From NCBI GenBank assembly GCA_964016885.1, contig OZ024740.1, positions 168,020,001 through 168,084,000 of the forward strand: DNA of 64,000 nucleotides, read 5' to 3'. Position 1 is the stretch's first letter; every line of letters begins with the position of its first letter. The stretch comes from Eledone cirrhosa (lineage: Eukaryota). Below, in pieces: positions 13,590 through 24,300 of the stretch. The position numbers and the translations under genes are program-made. Below the pieces are notes generated by a model, which was not told the origin of the DNA, searched no databases, and saw only the letters and a program-made list of their open reading frames with translations.

Positions 13590-14045
13590 TAGAACACTGG
13601 AAGGTAATATTCGTAGTGTTAGAGCACTCAGTCCATGGGACGAGTTAGGTATAAGTGGTTACACAAAAGTTAGTTCACCATACCGAGAACAATTGTTTCA
13701 CCTTAGCGGATCTTCAGCTCGTAATGGACATGGTTATACGGAACAAGAAGGACAACCGTACGAACGCGCATGCGCAGAAACCGGTCACTTCATACAGACA
13801 ATACTAAAATGCGTGCGAGAGGTGTAAGGGAGATAACTGCGAAAGTCTGAAAAGTTTTTACTTGATAAGAAAATTATGATGTTGTTGTAATGATTCAATC
13901 CGGAGCTTTGTAGTTATGCAAGAGGTCTTTCGAGACGTGTGGACAACGTGTGAAGAATTCATTTCTCGTGTTTAGGCAATCACTATTGCATAATCTCTTT
14001 AGAATATTTATTCGTTCATCAATACATAGTCTACACGACGGATTT

Positions 14046-14047
<2 letters not shown>
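13587..14047 (-). mobile_element. 5'-truncated PLE 3' fragment (GIY-YIG C-terminus + HHR tail) in (TA)n
   Basis: 14047->13895 translates to GNPSCRLCIDERINILKRLCNSDCLNTRNEFFTRCPHVSKDLLHNYKAPD* (CxLCxxE...LNxRxE...CxH); HHR downstream; (TA)n on both sides. Confidence 0.75.
13684..13721 (-). ncRNA. Minimal type I hammerhead ribozyme
   Basis: CGAG-CTGAAGA-T-CC-gctaa-GG-T-GAAACAATTGTT-CTCG; 4-bp stem I, palindromic stem III. Confidence 0.7.
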
Positions 14048-14129
<82 letters not shown>

Positions 14130-14283
14130 AGGGAGTGTGTCTTGGAGTTGCTGTAGGTTCACCCGGGTGACCACTCGATGTTTAGGTTAATTTCAGTGTC
14201 GAGGTGTAGGGCTAGACGGAGTGTATTGTAGTGAAATAAGATAACAAGGACGATTGGTTACTCCTTCATTACGTTTATTGGTC

Positions 14284-14368
14284 GGTGACGCGCGTTTCGC
14301 CACTGATCAGCTCAAGGTTCCATCTGTATCGATCTGACCTGACTCTGTAATCCGCGGCTCGTCAGACC
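14284..14368 (-). ncRNA. Type I hammerhead with extended stem II (mirror copy)
   Basis: GGT-CTGACGA-GCCGC-...-GTGGC-GAAACGCGCGTC-ACC. Confidence 0.75.
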
Positions 14369-14412
14369 CCATGTAATGTTAATGGAACATTTTTTCCATT
14401 AACATTACAAGG

Positions 14413-14497
14413 CGTCTGACGAGCCGCGGATTACAGAGTCGGGTCAGATCGATATAGATCGAACCTTGAGCTGATCAGTGGCGAAACGCGTGTCACG
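14413..14497 (+). ncRNA. Type I hammerhead with extended stem II
   Basis: CGT-CTGACGA-GCCGC-(50 nt)-GTGGC-GAAAC-GCGT-GTC-ACG; full core consensus. Confidence 0.75.
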
Positions 14498-14546
14498 AAC
14501 CAATAAACGTAATGAAGGAGTAACCAATCGTCCTTGTTATCTTATT

Positions 14547-14667
<121 letters not shown>

Positions 14668-15073
14668 TATAAAGTATGTCCATAGAATCATTTGATAATA
14701 TATATATACCATTTCCTCTCCCAATTAGCATAATTAAGCACACAAAAAATCAATTAGACCAGGCTATAAGATTAAAAGGCACCTATGGAGAAATAGTAGA
14801 TAAATAAACGACAGCAATCTGTTAGCGGCCAACCGCCATAGAATATCTACCCAACATTTCAACAGCACGTGGAAATCGATTAAATATACCGTCAACCTCA
14901 CACAATTAGGTATAAAATTAAAGTTAGAAGAAATGCATATACACATACTAGGATTATATTCCTACCCTCGGGTTTCATTCGCATTTTGAAAATATCCTAT
15001 TAAGGATAAAATCTCGAGCTTCGAACTCATCAGGAAACAAACTCGTTTGGACAGATTATATTCTTAAGTGATT

Positions 15074-15136
<63 letters not shown>

Positions 15137-15215
15137 ATGTATATATATATGTGTGTGTATATAAAAATATGTATATATATATGTATATATATATATATGT
15201 GTGCGTGTCTGTATA

Positions 15216-15412
<197 letters not shown>

Positions 15413-15467
15413 TTAATGAGAGTAACGCTAATTAATGAAGGTACCCCTCTTTTAATACTGAATATTA

Positions 15468-15804
15468 TTACATGAATTGGATATTCTAAAATATAAATAA
15501 TTAGGAAAATTAAATGAAGGGATTTCGCCGTAATTTTGACTGATTTAAATAGTCTAATAATAACGGGATGTATAAATCCAATGAATGGGAAATATGGGCA
15601 TTAGCACACGAGTGCTGATGCTCATCTTTTTCTGTTTAGTTGGCTTATACACCCCGTTATGAGTGTTGATGCCTATCTTTTTTCTGTTCAGTGGGCTTAC
15701 ACGCCCCGGTATCATTAGGCGATTTCATTTAGAGAAAGATACGGTCAAATGCTCTAATTCAATTTTCATATTAATTTATATTTTAGAATATCCAATTCAC
15801 GTAA
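15468..15804. repeat. Old degenerate fold-back with internal 50-bp tandem duplication
   Basis: TTACATGAATTGGATATTCTAAAATATAAAT is inverted at 15774-15804; central hairpin GGGCATTAGCAC/GTGCTGATGCTC; duplication 15611-15660/15661-15712. Confidence 0.65.
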
Positions 15805-16711
15805 AATCATTTTAATTTAATTTTGAAATTCTGCTCACCGCTTTCTAAATACGCGTGCTTTCTTTATAAATCAATATATTTTGTAATAGATTCTTCGTCG
15901 GTTTCGACGATGAAACATTTAGTTGTTCGATCAACTGAACGTCTTCCTTTTCAATAATACCCATGAATATTTCAGAATTCTATTTGTCATACAGCCAACG
16001 TTTTGGGGCTTTGGAGCTAAAGAGTAAGTAATAAAATTGCTATTAATCTCACACGAGGGAGATGTATAGACTCAACGTGTAATTTTTTTTATTAGAAATA
16101 TCTATTGCTGCATAATTTACGCATTTGAACTCCGAGATTATTACAACCATTTACTAAAGATTTTATAGCTAGATAAACTGACATTTTGAGAAATCAGTTT
16201 CTTCATATAAGAATCAATGCTTTTGAAAGAATTCGAAACGCCACACATTTTAGCAATGTCACATGCAGTTTAAAACAGCGATGTACAACTTGGTGCATGT
16301 GGATCACTAGTGGTCCATACCGATCTTTCGGAGATATGTGATGCTGTATATCGATATTCAGTGGTCCAAGAAGTTTTTCGAGAATTTTATGAACTACCTT
16401 CTGAAAAACGTGAAATACACTAATACACTAAAATCTGACTATTAAAGAGTCAATATATTGTGTTTGAAAATATCTATTAATTATCTTGTAACAACATCAA
16501 ATGAAGATTTATTAAGGAGATGTTAACATAGAAACATATATTTGATTCCTCTATTCACTAACAGATTTGCCTTTGAAGTCATTCAGTCAATAGTTATATA
16601 ACTAGCCAAATTATTTTCAGCGTGTATATCTTAATACGTATTACTAATGATAAACATAGGTCTATTAAGCCATCGAATTTCCAATTTTACAGAAGAGAGC
16701 CTGCTAGTCAG

Positions 16712-16805
<94 letters not shown>

Positions 16806-16922
16806 CTCTCTCATTATATAAATATATACATAAATAATTAGGTAAGTATGTGTGTTTGTATATATGATAGAGAAATGCGTTGGTGTTAGTGAAAATGATT
16901 CTACTTACAGGTCTCTCTAGAT

Positions 16923-16953
<31 letters not shown>

Positions 16954-17117
16954 GGACAAATAGATCCAAGTCATTGAGATTCGGAAATACTTAAAGGGGG
17001 AATAAATCTTTATATATTTCTATTAATGAAGAGAAGTACAGAAACAACATCTATTATATAGATATTAATATATATATAGACCCACACGCAGACACACAAA
17101 TAATATATATATATATT

Positions 17118-17234
<117 letters not shown>

Positions 17235-17619
17235 AAAAGGCAAACAGAAATAACAAAGCAAACGACACAGTACAATGAAGAAATATATTATTAGTATAGT
17301 GTTATGCTTCATCAGAAGATGGAATGAGAGATTAAAGAAAAAAAAGAAAGATTAAGGAGACGGGCAGGGCGGAATCGAAAGAAAATATTTTAGAGAAAAA
17401 TAACAGGTCCATTCATGTTTCCATTCATATATTTTTATCTAAAGACATTTTTTCCAATTCCATCCCGCCCATCCCCTCAAACTATTTTATTTCTCATTCT
17501 TTCTTCTGATGAAGGACTGGCGTCCGAAACGTTAAAACCCTCTTCCTGCTATATCAAGGGTTCACCTAATATATACCTTCCATATACTGTACCGATTGTG
17601 TTGTTATTTCTGTTTACCT

Positions 17620-17622
<3 letters not shown>
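17235..17622. mobile_element. Degenerate fold-back with HHR
   Basis: AAAAGGCAAACAGAAATAACAA / TTGTTATTTCTGTTTACCTTTT and CTTCATCAGAAGA / TCTTCTGATGAAG are inverted pairs. HHR CTGATGA-A-GGAC-tggc-GTCC-GAAACGTTA at ~17506-17534. Confidence 0.7.
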
Positions 17623-17698
<76 letters not shown>

Positions 17699-17701
<3 letters not shown>

Positions 17702-20700
17702 TTTCTTTATTAACCACAAGGGTTTACATAAAGTAGACATTAAGGAGAGTGCAGGACAATGCAGGACGGTACAAATGGGCATTTCTGCGTGTAAAAAAAA
17801 AAAAAAAACAGAGGATGTAACAAAAATAACATTGAAAATAACAATGAAAAATTCCCCAATAGGGGGGAGACTTCGGAGGGACATTTGTGGAGAAAGCCCA
17901 GTAAAAAGCCACAATGACCCTGACCACCAAGGCAAGTGCCCTCTCCCAGTTTTCCACCTTTAGTTTACAGATATATACTCAGACTCAGAGTCGGCCCATT
18001 CACTCGGGCCATTCTTGCTTCTCTCACCCATCTTTCAACAAAATGCTGGGAAGAGAGCACTTCCTTCTCTACTCTGATTTTCCTTTTCAAATGAAATTTG
18101 AAAAAGTCAATCAGAGCATCACCGAAGAGGTAAGTGCTCGTCTTCAGCCCTTTCAAACGTGTCCACCATACTATCTCTTTCGCCATGGCCACCAGACAGA
18201 TAAAAACTGCCTGCCCTTCCCGGCTAAAGGAGGAGGGCGGGGCAATCCTCACGATAGACTCAGATGATAGCTGGATCCGTCCTAAACGCGACAGCAGGTG
18301 TTCGACATAAACCCACAAGTCAGCAATTTTCGGACACTCGACGAGTGCGTGCAGGACGGTTTCGTCGCCCTGCGCGCATCTCGGACATGCCCGGCTGACG
18401 GCACCTCCATGCCTGTAGAGTTTATCCCGAACTGGCAAGGCTCCTCGGTAGCACTGCCAGGCCAGAGATTTCTGGAAGTTGTCCATAGGCCCTGGCCCGA
18501 AAGTTCTTCCGAAGAGATTGGCTAGTTGATTTTCGTCGACGCCTAGAGTTTCCCCAAGTACGTCGTCGCTCTTCCCCTCCACTAATCCTCTATAGAACGC
18601 CGAGGTGGAGTTTCCACCGATCACATTGCCCGATTGGTCGAGGGCTGTGAGCGCCTGAAGACATTCCAGTCTCCAGGCGCTCCCTCTCGGTCTTCGCTTG
18701 ACCCAGGACTGCAGCTCCGTCAAGGAAACGAGCTGGGGAAAAACGCGTCTAGCAAACGGCGACCACACCTGATCACCGTCGAGGAAGAGGTGGAGATGTC
18801 GTAGCCTGAGCGCGTGCCTGCGCATCATCAGCCACGGCATGCCCAGCCCTCCACGTAGCGGGTGTTGACAACAGATGGACCGCCTGACCATCGGAGCACG
18901 TCCCTTCCACAAAAAGCGAAAGAGCAAACGCTCCAGCGCAGTCAGGCCAGGCTTAGGACAAGGTACGACGGTTAGGCGGTAGCAGATGACAGACACGATG
19001 TACGCGTTAGCCACCTCCGCTCGACCTTTCAGGGATAGCTTCCTCTCCGCCCATTTCTGGGTGAGAGAAGCCACCCTGCTCGTCACCTCGTCCCAGTTTT
19101 TGTCCGTCTGGAGGTCCGGACCGAACCAGACCCCTAGCAATTTAACCGGTCCGTCCGTCCAGCGCCCGACGACGCTGTTGGACGGCATGGACCTGCCTCT
19201 CCAGGTGCCGAGCTGCAGGCCCACTGACTTTTCCTGGTTGATCATTGCTCCTGTCACCGCTTCGTATTCTCTTAGTGTAGTGCCGATCGCCTCGATGTGT
19301 TTGGCGTTCGACACCACTACGGTGACATCGTCCGCATATGCTGACACGGATCTTCCGCATCCTAGTTCGCGCGGGACTCCCCTCAACGTCTCCAGTTTGT
19401 GCAGTAATGGCTCGAGAGTCAATACGTACAAGAGGGACGAGAGGGGACATCCTTGGCGGACCGAGCGCATGATGTTGAACGGTTCCGACAGGTGACCGTT
19501 CACTCTCACCACAGAGCAGATGTCGCTGTGCATGGCAGCGATCCAGCCTCTGAAGACGGGCCCAAAGCCAGCCGCCCTCAGGACTGCCGCTAGGTAACGA
19601 TGGTCGACCCTATCGAAAGCTTTCGACTGATCTAAATTGATCAAGGACCCACCCGTGCCAGGTTCCCTAGCTACCCTCTCTACGATGTATCGCATGAGGT
19701 GGAAGTTGTCGTGGATGGATCTGTCGGGAATGGCGCATGTCTGTGCCTCTCCCACCAGACCACCAACGACAAGCGCCAACCTCTTTGCTAGCACCTTGGC
19801 CAAAATCTTGAACTCTGTGTTTAGCAGAGTTATGGGCCTAAAATTATCTATGTTATCCCCCTTGTTCGGATCCTTTCTCAGCAGTGCCACCGCTCCTCGG
19901 CTCACAGAACTGGGAATTCTCCCATTCTGTTGCCAGTTGCAGTAGACGTCCGCCAAGAGGCCTCCGAACAAGTCTGGCATCTGTACGTAAAGTTCATAGG
20001 GCAGACCATCCAAACCAGGCGATTTACCCCTTGTGCAGCCAGTCATTGCCTCCCGTACTTCAGCGGCTGTTATCGGCTTTTCGCAACACTTCGCCTCAGT
20101 GGCCGAGAGCCGCGGCAGTCCGTCGAGGTAGACACTAAAGTCCATCCCTCTACCCGGCCCCCCGCTGCCCCCGAACAGCTGAGCGAAGTGTCGCTGAAAA
20201 GCTTCACACATTTGCCCGGGATCGAGTAGCATGCGCCCGTCGTGGTCCACCAAAGACCGGATCGTGGCTTTGTTGCCACGACGCGCCTCCGCCACTCGGG
20301 CCCATTGAACGGCTTTCGTCCCCTCGTGTCTGAGAGCACGCACCCTAGCTCTGACAACGCAGCCTTCGTGCTTTGCATTGAAGAATTGGTCAAGGGCCAA
20401 TTTCGCCGCAAGCACGTCGGTCGCAATGCCTTTGCTAAGCGCCTCGTCTAATTTTCTAACTAGTTCTCCCTCTGCTCTATTTTTCTCTATTGCTAAAGCC
20501 TTACTAAACCTAATCGATTCTATTCTAATCGCTCTTTTCAGAGCAAACCACCACTTGTTGTTGACGATGGCCCCCGTCAACGCCCGCTTAACTAGTTCGC
20601 TAATCCGGTCTCTGTAGGCCTTGCGCGCTGGTAAGGACGCGTTTAGCTTCCAGTAGCCGAGTCCTCGTCTATGAAGTCTATCTAAGTCAAGCACACAGGT

Positions 20701-21297
20701 CACGAATTTGTGGTCCGTGTATCTGACTATCTTGAATTGTGGACAGCCTATGCTAGACCTATCTATTTCCCTACAAAATACTCTATCTAGATATGATCTG
20801 GATGAGCCTATGCGGTTTGTCCAAGTCCACATTGGCACATTCGGGAAATCCAATCGGTGCCTGTCAGACAGTTCAAAACGCCTGAGCAGGTTGGTGAGGC
20901 TCTTGCACCCTCCACCCCTATCCGCTAATCCCACACAGTCCCAGCGTGCATCTAAGATCCCGTTCCAGTCGCCCACTAACACTAAAGAGCGGGACGTTCC
21001 AAGAAAGGTCTCCAGACGCCGGAAGAAATCAGGCCACCCTGCTCCTGTCGGGGCATAGACGGCCACTAGCCTGAAAGCTTGCCCGTCTCCGCTGGTCACG
21101 TCCAGCACCACCAGCTTACCCTCTGGGTCCAGGAAGATGGCCCGTATGGCGAGATCCAAACCTCTCCGAAAAAGCACAGCAACTCCTCCACCCGATCCAG
21201 GACGGCTGGGAGATGCGTACACATCGTAGCCGCCGAAGATCGGTGCGAAGGCCCGTGCTTCGGAGATTCTGGTCTCGCTGATGGCCACTACATCTAT
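17699..21297 (-). mobile_element. Tx1/L1-clade LINE copy A (ORF2 + 3' UTR)
   Basis: 3' end ...GGTTAATAAAGAAATCA runs directly into (TTA)n; 5' side joins copy B's 3' UTR at 21297/21298. Confidence 0.92.
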
Positions 21298-21309
21298 CCA
21301 GTTTTCCAC
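17965..21309 (-). CDS. Tx1-like ORF2: APE endonuclease-RT-CCHC finger, open but missing ~30 N-terminal aa
   Basis: ISETR, GGGVAVLF, VYAP, GDWN, YLDRVF, TDH, YWKLN, KSPGLDG, FRPITLLN, LDQSKAFDRV, RQGCPLS, YADD, CPRC..ETVLHALVEC; 1114 aa with no stop. Confidence 0.9.
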   Translation of the reverse strand: MENWIDVVAISETRISEARAFAPIFGGYDVYASPSRPGSGGGVAVLFRRGLDLAIRAIFLDPEGKLVVLDVTSGDGQAFRLVAVYAPTGAGWPDFFRRLETFLGTSRSLVLVGDWNGILDARWDCVGLADRGGGCKSLTNLLRRFELSDRHRLDFPNVPMWTWTNRIGSSRSYLDRVFCREIDRSSIGCPQFKIVRYTDHKFVTCVLDLDRLHRRGLGYWKLNASLPARKAYRDRISELVKRALTGAIVNNKWWFALKRAIRIESIRFSKALAIEKNRAEGELVRKLDEALSKGIATDVLAAKLALDQFFNAKHEGCVVRARVRALRHEGTKAVQWARVAEARRGNKATIRSLVDHDGRMLLDPGQMCEAFQRHFAQLFGGSGGPGRGMDFSVYLDGLPRLSATEAKCCEKPITAAEVREAMTGCTRGKSPGLDGLPYELYVQMPDLFGGLLADVYCNWQQNGRIPSSVSRGAVALLRKDPNKGDNIDNFRPITLLNTEFKILAKVLAKRLALVVGGLVGEAQTCAIPDRSIHDNFHLMRYIVERVAREPGTGGSLINLDQSKAFDRVDHRYLAAVLRAAGFGPVFRGWIAAMHSDICSVVRVNGHLSEPFNIMRSVRQGCPLSSLLYVLTLEPLLHKLETLRGVPRELGCGRSVSAYADDVTVVVSNAKHIEAIGTTLREYEAVTGAMINQEKSVGLQLGTWRGRSMPSNSVVGRWTDGPVKLLGVWFGPDLQTDKNWDEVTSRVASLTQKWAERKLSLKGRAEVANAYIVSVICYRLTVVPCPKPGLTALERLLFRFLWKGRAPMVRRSICCQHPLRGGLGMPWLMMRRHALRLRHLHLFLDGDQVWSPFARRVFPQLVSLTELQSWVKRRPRGSAWRLECLQALTALDQSGNVIGGNSTSAFYRGLVEGKSDDVLGETLGVDENQLANLFGRTFGPGPMDNFQKSLAWQCYRGALPVRDKLYRHGGAVSRACPRCAQGDETVLHALVECPKIADLWVYVEHLLSRLGRIQLSSESIVRIAPPSSFSREGQAVFICLVAMAKEIVWWTRLKGLKTSTYLFGDALIDFFKFHLKRKIRVEKEVLSSQHFVERWVREARMARVNGPTLSLSIYL

Positions 21310-24300
21310 CTTTAATTTACAGATATATACTCAGAGTAGGCCCATTCACTCGGGCCATTCTTGCTTCTCTCACCCATCTTTCAACAAAATGCTGGGAAGA
21401 GAGCACTTCCCTCTCTACTCTGATTTTCCTTTTCAAATGAAATTTGAAAAAGTCAGTCAGAGCATCACCGAAGAGGTAAGTGCTCGTCTTCAGCCCTTTC
21501 AAACGTGTCCACCATACTATCTCTTTCGCCATGGCCACCAGACAGATAAAAACTGCCTGCCCTTCCCGGCTAAAGGAGGAGGGCGGGGCAATCCTCACGA
21601 TGGACTCAGATGATAGCCGGATCCGTCCTAAACGCGACAGCAGGTGTTCGACATAAACCAACAAGTCAGCAATTTTCGGACACTGGACGAGTGCGTGCTG
21701 GACGGTTTCGTCGCCCTGCGCGCATCTCGGACATACCCGGCTGACGGCACCTCCATGTCTGTAGAGTTTATCCCGAACTGGCAAGGCTCCTCGGTAGCAC
21801 TGCCAGGCCAGAGATTTCTGGAAGTTGTCCATAGGCCCCGGCCCGAAAGTTCTTCCGAAGAGATTGGCTAGTTGATTTTCGTCGACGCCTAGAGTTTCCC
21901 CAATTACGTCGTCGCTCTTCCCCTCCACTAATCCTCTATAGAACGCCGAGGTGGAGTTTCCACCGATCACATTGCCCGATTGGTCGAGGGCTGTGAGCGC
22001 CTGAAGACATTCCAGTCTCCAGGCGCTCCCTCTCGGTCTTCGCTTGACCCAGGACTGCAGCTCCGTCAAGGAAACGAGCTGGGGAAATATGTGTCTAGCA
22101 AACGGCGCCCACACCTGATCAACGTCGAGGAAGAGGTGGAGATGTCGTAGCATGAGCGCGTGCCTGCGCATCATCAGCCACGGCATGCCCAGCCCTCCAC
22201 GTAGCGGGTGTTGACAACAGATGGACCGCCTGACCATCGGAGCGCGTCCCTTCCACAAAAAGCGAAAGAGCAAACGCTCCAGCGCAGTCAGGCGAGGCTT
22301 AGGACAAGGTACGACGGTCAGGCGGTAGCAGATGACAGACGCGATGTACGCGTTAGCCACCTCCACTCGACCTTTCAGGGATAGCTTCCTCTCCGCCCAT
22401 TTCTGGGTGAGAGAAGCCACCCTGCTCGTCACCTCGTCCCAGTTTTTGTCCGTCTGGAGGTCCGGACCGAACCAGACCCCTAGCAATTTAACCGGTCCGT
22501 CCAGCGTCCGACGACGCTGTTGGACGGCATGGACCTGCCTCTCCAGGTGCCGAGCTGCAGGCCCACTGACTTTTCCTGGTTGATCATTGCTCCGGTCACC
22601 GCTTCGTATTCTCTTAGTGTAGTGCCGATCACCTAGATGTGTTTGGCGTTCGACACCACTACGGTGACATCGTCCGCGTATGCTGACACGGATCTTCCGC
22701 ATCCCAGTTCGCGCGGGACGCCCCTCAACGTCTCCAGTTTGTGCAGTAATGATATCTATGTTATCCCCCTTGTTCGGATCCTTTCTCAGCAGTGCCACCG
22801 CTCCTCGGCTCACAGAACTGGGAATTCTCCCGTTCTGTTGCCAGTTGCAGTAGACATCCGCAAAGAGGCCTCCGAACAAGCCTGGCATCTGTACGTAAAG
22901 TTCATAGGGCAGACCATCCAAACCAGGCGATTTACCCCTTGTGCAGCCAGTCATTGCCTCCCTTACTTCAGCGGCTGTTATCGGCTTTTCGCAACACTCG
23001 GTCTCAGTGGCCGAGAGCTGCGGCAGTCCGTCGAGGTAGACACTAAAGTCCATCCCTCGATCTGGCCCACCGCTGCCCCCAAACAGCTGAGCGAAGTGTC
23101 GCTGAAAAGCTTCACACATTTTCCAGGGATCGAGTAGCATGCGCCCGTCGTGGTTCACCAAAGACCGGATCGTGGCTTTGTTGCCACGACGCGCCTCCGC
23201 CACTCGGGCCCATTGAACGGCTTTCGACCCCTCGTGTCTGAGAGCACGCACCCTTGCTCTGACAACGCAGCCTTCGTGCTTTGCATTGAAGAATTGGTCA
23301 AGGGCCAATTTCGCCGCAAGCACGTCGGACGCAATGCCTTTGCTAAGCGCCTCGTCTAATTTTCTAACTAGTTCTCCCTCTGCTCTATTTTTCTCTATTG
23401 CTAAAGCCTCACTAAACCTAATGGATTCTATTCTAATCGCTCTTTTCAGAGCAAACCACCACTTGTTGTTGACGATGGCCCCCGTCAACGCCCGCTTAAC
23501 TAGTTCGCTAATCCGGTCTCTGTAGGCCTTGCGCGCTGGTAAGGACGCGTTTAGCTTCCAGTAGCCGGGTCCTCGTCTATGAAGCCTATCTAAGTCAAGC
23601 ACACAGATCACGAATTTGTGGTCCGTGTATCTGACTATCTTGAATTGTGGACAGCCTATGCTAGACCTATCTATTTCCCTACAAAATACTCTATCTAGAT
23701 ATGATCTGGATGACCCTATGCGATTTCTCCAAGTCCACATTGGCACATTCGGAAATCCAATCGGTGCCTGTCAGACAGTTCAAAACGCCTGAGCAGGTTG
23801 GTGAGGCTCTTGCACCCTCCACCCCTATCCGCTAATCCCACACAGTCCCAGCGTGCATCTAAGATCCCGTTCCAGTCGCCCACTAACACTAAAGAGCGGG
23901 ACGTTCCAAGAAAGGTCTCCAGACGCCGGAAGAAATCAGGCCGCCTGGTCCTGTCGGGGCATAGACGGCCACTAGTCTGAAAGCTTGCCCGTCTCCGCTG
24001 GTCACGTCCAACACCACCAGCTTACCCTCTGGGTCCAGGAAGATGGCCCGTATGGCGAGATCCAAACCTCTCCGAAAAAGCACAGCAACTCCTCCCCCCG
24101 ATCCAGGACGGCTGGGAGATGCGTACACATCGTAGCCGCCGAAGATCGGTGCGAAGGCCCATGCTTCGGAGATTCTGGTCTCGCTGATGGCCACTACATC
24201 TATGTTTAGTGACCTGAGGTCGTTGAGCAGCTGGCCCTGCTTCCATGACGACCCCAAGCCACGCGCATTTATGCTGCCTATTCTGAGTGAGGTCATGTTT

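Noticed and set aside
14985-15040. Minus-strand CTGATGAG..CTCGAGA HHR
   Set aside because: GAAA is absent and stems I and III are unconvincing; at best a decayed copy.
17965-21309. Horizontal transfer or contamination suggested by high GC
   Set aside because: Several diverged subfamilies are integrated among host repeats; GC content alone is not evidence.
17914-23980. Recurring plus-strand ORFs antisense to Tx1 ORF2
   Set aside because: Shadow frames of a GC-rich ORF; they recur only because the element is repeated.
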